Both the position numbers and the translations under genes were made by a program. Below the pieces are notes generated by a model, which had not been told where the DNA came from, searched no databases, and was given only the letters and a program-made list of their open reading frames with translations. From NCBI GenBank assembly GCA_013416795.1, contig RQSC01000029.1:1-5396 (forward strand): a stretch of DNA of 5,396 bases. Reading direction: 5' to 3'. This document shows, in pieces, positions 1-5,396 of the stretch. The first letter of the stretch is position 1. Every line of letters starts with the position of its first letter. The stretch comes from Prasinococcaceae sp. CCMP 1430. Lineage: Eukaryota; Plantae; Prasinodermophyta.

Positions 1-37
1 TCTACTGAGCGTCATCCCTCAGATCCGAGATTTGTAC

Positions 38-176
38 CAAACACACACACGCGTGGACTCCACGCGCGTGCGTGTTTACCCCCCTTCTACCATCACACAC
101 ACACGCATCCACCTCTCCCTCCTCCCTCAACCACAACACACACACAACCAACGTGTACCCCCCCACACACATCAAA
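38..176 (+). repeat. CA-rich low-complexity region
   Basis: Several (AC)n runs and C/T tracts, largely G-depleted on the + strand; includes an 8-bp inverted repeat CGCGTGGA-C-TCCACGCG (50-66). Confidence 0.6.
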
Positions 177-1300
177 ACGCACGCCTCAGGACGAGTCTCC
201 CGTGGGTGACGATGAGCTCAAGATGAATGCATCGAACAATAGGTGTGTGGTGAAGCATGCGCGCCCGCGTGTGCGGCAGACGCGAGCGATCAGGCGCATC
301 ATGCGTGTGGGGGTGCGAGCGACCGAGCGCGCGGCGCGGCGGCGCTGATGTGGACGAGTCCCCGCATCACGCCGGGGGGGGAGCGCAGGCCGGCCGGGGC
401 GCCCCGAGGCGCGCGCGCGCGCGTTTTCGCATGCGTTTCGCACATCATTTCGGCGCTGGACCTTGGCCATTTTTCGCCGCGCGGCGCGCGGCATGCGCTG
501 CCTGCATCTACAGTAGGTTGTGCGCGTTTCAACTCCCCACAGGTCTCCTGGACGGTCTCCACCAGCGAGAGGGGGCTAGCTACGCTGCTGCAACGCCCGC
601 TGCCGTACGCATCACATCGCATGCACGTACGTACGTGCCCGCATGCCTTCAATGGAGTCTCCCGTTAGTAATAATATCGAAATTTTAAATATCCATCATT
701 CAGCACGACTAGTGACTGCCCGAGCACCGCCGCGGCCGAAGCACTCACCCTGCCCTGCTGCCCCCCCCCCACACCCCACACCCCACGTCCGCACACGCGC
801 GCTCCGCTCCGCATTCGCCACAGCGCCCAGCCAGCCACTCTGCTCGCGCGCGGCCCCCGCCCTCCTGCGGGCTGCCCTCCCGCCCCCCGTCCATGCCGCC
901 GGCTGCATGCAGGCAGCCGTCGGCCGTCGTCTCGATTGCAAACCCTTTCTTTCATGCGAGACGACACTCCCAAAACAGCCTCACGCGCGCGCCCCTTCCA
1001 AAACCTCAACCTGCACGCGCGGCTCTGCGCGCAGCAGTGCGCGCGGCACGCGGCGCGCGTGGCGACGTGGGGGTTCGTGCGACTGTGTGTCCCTTCAACA
1101 ATTGAGTGCATTCCGCTCTCTCATCAATTGTAAACGGAGCAAATTTCGGCAAATTTTGGGTGCACCGAACGCACCAACGCACTATGGCGCATCCGCGGAA
1201 GCGCGCGCGCGGCAGCGGAAATTGGATGGGGGGATCGGGTGGCCAGCGGCGCGTGCGGAGAGGCGCGGGCGCCGCGCGCGGGGAGGGTGGTGCGGCGTAG

Positions 1301-2008
1301 GCTGCCCGCCGGCTGCGCGCGGGCCGGCCAGTACGCGCGGCCGCGCAGGCGCCGTGCGAGTGCGCGACGGAGGGGGGCGTCGCCGACGTGGGCGGGGTGG
1401 GCGTCACGGCCGCGGGGCTGCGCAAGCTGGAGCTCCTGGGTGCAGACGGCAACCGCAAGGTGCTGGGCGATGTCCTGGGGAGCTCCGACGGGCCCTCCCC
1501 GATCGTCTTCTTGCGCCACCTCGGATGACTGTTCTGCTGGTCGCTAGCGAATCGCTGGTCGGAGCCGCAGGTGCTGGAGCGCCTGCGCGCGCGCGACCCG
1601 AAGAGCTGCGGCCCGGTCTTCGTCAGCGTGGGCGACGACGAGAAGCTGCGCAAGTTTCTCGAGCTCAATCCGCTGGTGAACGCCGACAACGTGTTCGTCG
1701 ACGACTCGCCCGAGCGCGACGCGTACACAGGACAGGGCTTCGGGAAGATCGGAGACGTCAAGCCAGAGACGAGTGAGATGAGCAAGCCGGGCTTCACCCC
1801 TTCGCAGTGGTGGTCGTACCTGTCCAATGTCATGTCGCTCTCGCCCGTGCCCAAAGACATCAAGTTCGGCGAGGTCCCGCAGGGCGTCTTGCAGCTCGGT
1901 GGCACGTTTGTGATCGAAGGGGACGACGTCACGTACGCGTGGGCGGACCCGATTCCTGGCCAGCACCCGGAGCCGGAGGACGTGCTCACGGCCGCAGGCG
2001 TCCCGTAG
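1301..2008 (+). CDS. SELENOU: Selenoprotein of the AhpC/TSA-like thioredoxin-fold family (PRXL2 / AAED1 / selenoprotein U-like), Sec encoded by TGA 1526-1528; 5' end unresolved (upstream exon or start before 1301)
   Basis: One frame runs from 1301 to TAG 2006-2008, interrupted only by TGA 1526-1528. Translation: AARRLRAGRPVRAAAQAPCECATEGG...LELLGADGNRKVLGDVLGSSDGPSPIVFLRHLG-U-LFCWSLANRWSEPQVLERLRARDPKSCGPVFVSVGDDEKLRKFLELNP...QLGGTFVIEGDDVTYAWADPIPGQHPEPEDVLTAAGVP*. The FLRHxGCxxC-like active site and the QLGGTFV..H C-terminal signature are recognised as AhpC-TSA_2-type redoxin motifs. A SECIS lies downstream. The ORF track shows only the post-UGA part (1571..2008). The symbol is a family-level match. 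Confidence 0.88.
1526..1528 (+). other. In-frame UGA, predicted selenocysteine codon (U of UxxC)
   Basis: Codons CGC CAC CTC GGA TGA CTG TTC TGC read R H L G U L F C. The TGA occupies the first Cys position of a thioredoxin-fold CxxC, and coding-like sequence continues in frame on both sides. Confidence 0.9.
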
Positions 2009-2097
2009 TGAGTGAGCCAGCGCCATCATGGGCGTGCCAGGAGGTCCCACGGACGCCGCGCACGCCGCGCTTTCGTGCTCGGGGCGGAGGTGGGAGA

Positions 2098-2169
2098 GAA
2101 GGCATATGACGCGACGACGCCAACAAAAGGCCGCATCCACGGCCGTGGCCGTCGCTGACGACGACCTTC
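2098..2169 (+). promoter_or_regulatory. Eukaryotic SECIS element, type II (3' UTR)
   Basis: Helix I: GAAGG 2098-2102 / CCTTC 2165-2169. Core: ATGAC 2106-2110 / TGAC 2156-2159 (tandem G.A/A.G). Helix II: GCGACG 2111-2116 / CGTCGC 2150-2155, then GCCA 2119-2122 / TGGC 2146-2149. Unpaired AAAA 2125-2128. Apical mini-stem GGCCG 2129-2133 / CGGCC 2140-2144 closing loop CATCCA. It starts about 90 nt after the stop codon. Confidence 0.9.
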
Positions 2170-2243
2170 CGACCATCCCCGTGCTCCAGCACAGGAAGAG
2201 CGCAGGAGGCAGCGCGCGGAGGCGACCCTCGGCACGCGGAATG

Positions 2244-2248
2244 TGTAA
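2244..2248 (+). terminator. Candidate polyadenylation signal TGTAA for the selenoprotein mRNA
   Basis: TGTAA sits in the AT-richer patch 2240-2268, 75 nt downstream of the SECIS. UGUAA is the known poly(A) signal of many chlorophytes. A 5-mer can occur by chance. Confidence 0.5.
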
Positions 2249-2303
2249 GATACAGTGTTTGGTATTACGTGCGCAGCCGCGTTCTGCGCGGCGCACACGG
2301 CGC

Positions 2304-4556
2304 TCACGCCCTGCGCTGGCACACGTGCTCGGGCATCGCGATCTGCGCATCAAGAGCGGCGTTGGGCAGAGCGACAGAAAGCGTCAGTGCGTGCGGCAAG
2401 CGACGGCGCTGCGCGCGTTCGGCAGCTGCCTCGCGAGATTGGGGGACACACGCTGCGCATGAACGGACCTTGTCACCAGGAAAAATCTCTCCGCGGATGC
2501 CACCGCTCTCGCGCAGCCTGCGGATAGCAGCGCCAACGTCCGTCCCAGGCGCGCAGTGCGCCGACAGGATGCCCCAGAGACTATCGCCGTCCTTGACGGT
2601 CACCACCGGTGGGCTCGTCTCCGTCGCTGCTGTTGCGCTCGCTGAGCTCTCGCTAGGCGGGGTTTGCTCCGCAAGCCCCGCGTTCGAGGGGCTGCTACCA
2701 TCCTGCTTCGATTCCGCGCTCGGGTGCTCACCAGGCTGTGCCGTACCAACGCTCTCGGGCGCACGCGGCGGCCGGGCCACTGCATGGTAGTCCATCAAGT
2801 CACCCTCGGCCTCCCCGGTGCCTTCTGGCTCGACGAAAGCCCGCCTGAAGGGGCCTTCGACGAATGACAGTGCAGTAATTGCCAGGCACGCGACCCACCT
2901 CAGGGAGTGCAGCGCCCGCTGCCTGCTGCTCATCAGCGCCCTCCGCGCCGCTCTGTCGGCCCGCTTAGACTCAGCGACGGTCATGCACGCGACGCGCAGT
3001 GCCGGGCCCGCGCTGCGCGCGGAGAGCAGCGCCACGGCCACGCCGCTGTCCCCTTCCACGCATCCTATTGGCAGCGCCGCGGCGCGGTGGTCGTACACGT
3101 CGTAGTAGGACTCCAGCGCCACGCGGATGCTGCCCCCGGACGCGAGCGTCCTGGAGAGCGAGCTTTCAGCAAAGAGCTCTTTGCTGTCGAAGCTCACCGG
3201 CGACATCATGCTTCGAGCAGCAGTGGCGGCCGCGTCGGCCGCGTCTGCAGCGGCCAGTGCGGTGGCGCGCGCTTTGGCCACGCTCGCCAAGCCGGTGACG
3301 GCCACGCGCGCGCTCGCCGTTTCAGAGGCGCTGCTGGGCTTCTCGTCGCTGCCCCCGGTGCTCGCCGCAGCGCTCTCGATATCAGCACCGTCACCGGCGG
3401 CAACAGTCTCGGTGGTGTCGGCACCGTTCACGCTCGCCGCCTCCTCGGCCGCAGCCAACGCGTCCGCCGCCTTCCGCGCAGCCTCCGCGAGCCGCTCCGC
3501 CTCGGACCTCTTTTGCGAAATGCGCTCCTCGGCTGCCGCCGTCGCCGAGGGCCCCCCTGCGAACGCGCTGACTTCGACCGCCATGTACCACTGCAGGACG
3601 TACCCCTTGGCCGCGACCTTGTCCCCGCGCACGTCGTACGACCCGTCCGCTGACGGCGGCCGATAGGTTTCACTGAGGGAGAGCGCGCGTGCGCTCGCCG
3701 CCATGGAGGCGTCCGAGGTCTCGCAACGGTACCAGCACTCGAAAGGGAGGCCACAGCCGCCGCGTCGAATGGCGACGTCGATCACCAAGCAGTGCAGGTC
3801 GGCGCGCGGGCGCTCCGCCTGGCCGCCGCTGGCGCTGTACCTCCCGAACGCGCCGCCCCGCAGCGTGACGGCCTCCCCTGGCAGGTGGTCCACGGTGACC
3901 GCCTCGACCGCCTCGCAGAGGGCATCGCGCACAGCGACCTCGGCGGCGCTCGGCGGCGCGAGCTTCGTGACGGGCACCCACTGCGCGCACTTGTACGCGC
4001 AGCCGGCGTAGTGGAGCTTCACCAGCCAGCCTCCCGGAGCGTCGGCGTGCGCCGCGACGGCGCTCACCGACGCGAGCGTCGGCACGTCCTCATACTCGTG
4101 GTCTGACACCAGCACGTGCGCGCCTGGCTCGACCGGGCAGCGGCCGCCGAAGGCTGCCTCGTCGGCGTACGGGTGGTCCCTTTGCGCGTCGAAGGTGCCC
4201 TCGTCGGCGTCTTTCGCCGGCCCCGCGGCCAGCGCGACGAGGTTGGACCACGCGACCAGGAACTCGGGGCGCACCTCGGCTGGGGCCCCGCCGGCTGCGC
4301 CCGGGGCGCCGGCGCCCCCGGCAACGCGCGGGCGGTCAGACACTCGGCGCGGCAGCGCGCGCGCGGGGAAGGAGGGGGGGGGGGGTGAGGGAGGAGGCGC
4401 CGCGTGGCGCGGAGCGCAGCGGCCCCGACCGAGAGCCGCCAACCCCCCTTCACATCCCCCCACGCACCGCCACCACCGCCCCCGCCCCCGCGCCCGCCGG
4501 CGCGGACGCGGGGCGTTCGCCCGTCACCGGCGCCGGGGAACCGATCGATGAGTACT
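2304..4556 (-). CDS. Spliced gene for a multidomain protein: Tudor-knot/chromo-barrel-like segment, coiled coil, hydrophobic segment, C-terminal LysM. Proposed exons 4556(?)-4468, 4294-2469, 2342-2304; start codon not located
   Basis: A long frame (ORF 2304..4463) gives protein-like sequence. LysM motif VTVKDGDSLWGIL...IFPGDK|IAMP (2606-2331 after removing the intron). Tudor-knot-like motif GAHVLV...WLVKLHYAGCAYKCAQWVPVTKL (4133-3960). The track's GTG start at 4463 lies inside a predicted intron. Splicing 4467-4295 joins the Gly-rich frame VLIDRFPGAGDGRTPRVRAGGRGGGGGGG to AGGAPAEVRPEF with matching phase 1. That upstream frame has no ATG back to a stop at 4714-4712, so a further upstream exon is needed. 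Confidence 0.8.
2343..2468 (-). other. Spliceosomal intron (126 nt, phase 0, in-frame and stop-free) inside the LysM domain
   Basis: AAG|GTCCGT donor at 2468, CACTGAC branch motif (branch A 2384), GCGCAG| acceptor at 2343. Removal restores the LysM ending IFPGDK-IAMP. Confidence 0.85.
4295..4467 (-). other. Spliceosomal intron (173 nt, phase 1)
   Basis: GTGCGT donor at 4467, internal G- and C-runs, TCTGAC branch motif (branch A 4336), GCGCAG| acceptor at 4295. Branch-to-acceptor spacing (41 nt) equals that of the other intron. Confidence 0.7.
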
Positions 4557-4593
4557 CTGAGGAAGCTTGATGAGTGAGGGCCAAGGCGCGAAG

Positions 4594-4800
4594 CGGCCGA
4601 AAAAAACAAAAAAAACAAACAAAAAGAAAAAGTACCATGTGTGGGAGAGGGCCCGCGCGCCGGCGCGGGCGTCGCCTCGCCCGGGAAAAGAAAAACAAGA
4701 AAAAGAAAAAGTTACGAAAGAAGTACGCTGTACTGTACGTGTCTGGGGGAGGGCCCGCGCGCCGGTGCGGGATGCGGCCAAAAAAAAAAAAAGTACGGTA
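4594..4800. repeat. Degenerate tandem repeat (about 2.5 copies, ~100-bp period) of A-tract + AGTAC + GC-rich block
   Basis: GAGGGCCCGCGCGCCGG(C/T)GCGGG at 4647-4669 and 4749-4771 (22/23 identical, offset 102). A-rich tracts followed by AGTAC at about 4600-4635, 4686-4726 and 4780-4796. Confidence 0.75.
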
Positions 4801-4827
4801 CGGTCCACCTGTATGGGCCACGGCCGC

Positions 4828-4853
4828 GGGGTGGGTGGGTGGGTGGGGTGGGG
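4828..4853 (+). repeat. (GGGT)n / GGGGT simple repeat, G-quadruplex-forming potential
   Basis: GGGGTGGGTGGGTGGGTGGGGTGGGG: six G-runs of at least 3 with single-T loops. Confidence 0.8.
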
Positions 4854-5068
4854 TGTGGTGGGCGCCTGGGACGCGATGCACACGCATGCCTGTGCCGCCG
4901 GGCTGCAGAGGCGTTGGCCGGCGCGGGCGACGAACGTATTTCCTTCCTCCGTTCGGTGGGACTTGGTGTATGTGGGACCCTTGCCTGCGAGGAGGGGTGC
5001 CTCGGCGTCGCAAGGTGGCGCAGGCAGGCGTGCGGGCGCCGCGCGCGCGGGCGGCGTCGGGTGGCGGT

Positions 5069-5112
5069 GGGTGGGTGGGTGGGTGCGTGGATGGGTGGGT
5101 GCGTGCGTGCGT
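5069..5112 (+). repeat. Tetranucleotide repeat (GGGT/GCGT)n
   Basis: (GGGT)4 GCGT GGAT (GGGT)2 (GCGT)3, a continuous 4-nt period. Confidence 0.8.
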
Positions 5113-5263
5113 GGCCGGTGCATGAATGAAACGCGCCGGGTCGGAGAGTGCGTTCCTCGTGCGGCGGCGCTCGCGCCGCACCGCAGCTCGCGCTCCGCCC
5201 GCGCCCGCGGTTCCGGTTGCGCCCTCCCGCCCTGCCCCTCGCGTGCGCGGCGTGCGTGCACAT

Positions 5264-5291
5264 GGCACACGGCACACGGCACACGGCACAC
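5264..5291 (+). repeat. Heptamer tandem repeat (GGCACAC)x4
   Basis: Four perfect consecutive copies of GGCACAC. Confidence 0.9.
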
Positions 5292-5396
5292 ACGCCGTGG
5301 CACGGGCGTGCGCGCCGCGCTCGGGTCCTCGGCCGAGGGGCCTGTCAGGAGGCCCGGCCGATCGGCGCCGCGCCGCTCCGATGGCGCGCGCGCGCG

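Noticed and set aside
183-258. Possible first exon on the - strand (MLHHTPIVRCIHLELIVTHGRLVLR, then a GTGCGT donor at 182)
   Set aside because: Only 25 codons, no recognisable motif, and any downstream exon would be at or beyond the window edge. It needs RNA-seq evidence.
643-1776. 377-aa + strand ORF
   Set aside because: Low-complexity Arg/Ala/Gly/Pro translation with no recognisable motif. It overlaps the selenoprotein in another frame, and long stop-free frames are expected at this GC content.
1006-1989. 327-aa - strand ORF
   Set aside because: Antisense shadow of the selenoprotein CDS; no domain signal.
2304-2306. TGA stop of the LysM gene as a second Sec codon
   Set aside because: No redox motif context, only 12 further codons, and no AUGA/AA/GA SECIS found on the - strand downstream.
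2907-4106. + strand ORFs including 2907..3653, 3127..3666, 3703..4011 and 3792..4106
   Set aside because: Antisense shadows of the long - strand CDS, with Ser/Ala/Arg-biased composition.
2343-4467. The two introns as members of an introner-element family
   Set aside because: They share only splice and branch motifs, with no similarity in their bodies.
4468-4638. Signal-peptide-like MVLFLFVCFFCFFRPLRALA from the - strand ATG at 4638
   Set aside because: The hydrophobicity comes from poly-T tracts of the repeat. This frame is phase 0 at the 4467 donor and does not match the phase-1 acceptor at 4295.
4884-4990. Possible upstream exon of the LysM gene (GKGPTYTKSHRTEEGNTFVARAGQRLCSPAAQ)
   Set aside because: It would need a GC donor, has no clear branch motif and shows no homology signal; not supportable from sequence alone.
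4594-5291. CRISPR array or prokaryotic terminators in the repeat region
   Set aside because: No regularly spaced identical repeats with unique spacers, and the context is eukaryotic.

Overview
Very GC-rich eukaryotic DNA, most likely from a green alga or similar protist. This is inferred from GT-AG introns with CTGAC branch points, a TGTAA polyadenylation-like signal and a eukaryotic-type SECIS. Two genes converge across a 295-bp gap. (1) On the + strand is a selenoprotein that the ORF track misses: a thioredoxin-fold AhpC/TSA-like (PRXL2/SelU-type) redoxin with an in-frame TGA at 1526-1528 in the motif FLRHLG-U-LFC (UxxC). A well-formed type II SECIS hairpin lies in its 3' UTR (2098-2169). 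Its 5' end is unresolved. (2) On the - strand is a spliced gene for a ~700-aa protein with a Tudor-knot/chromo-barrel-like segment, an Ala/Glu coiled-coil, a short hydrophobic segment and a C-terminal LysM domain split by an in-frame intron. The flanks are low-complexity sequence (CA-rich tracts, A-tract tandem repeat, GGGT and GGCACAC repeats). Most other ORFs in the track look like GC-rich shadow frames. All family assignments come from motif recognition, not database searches.
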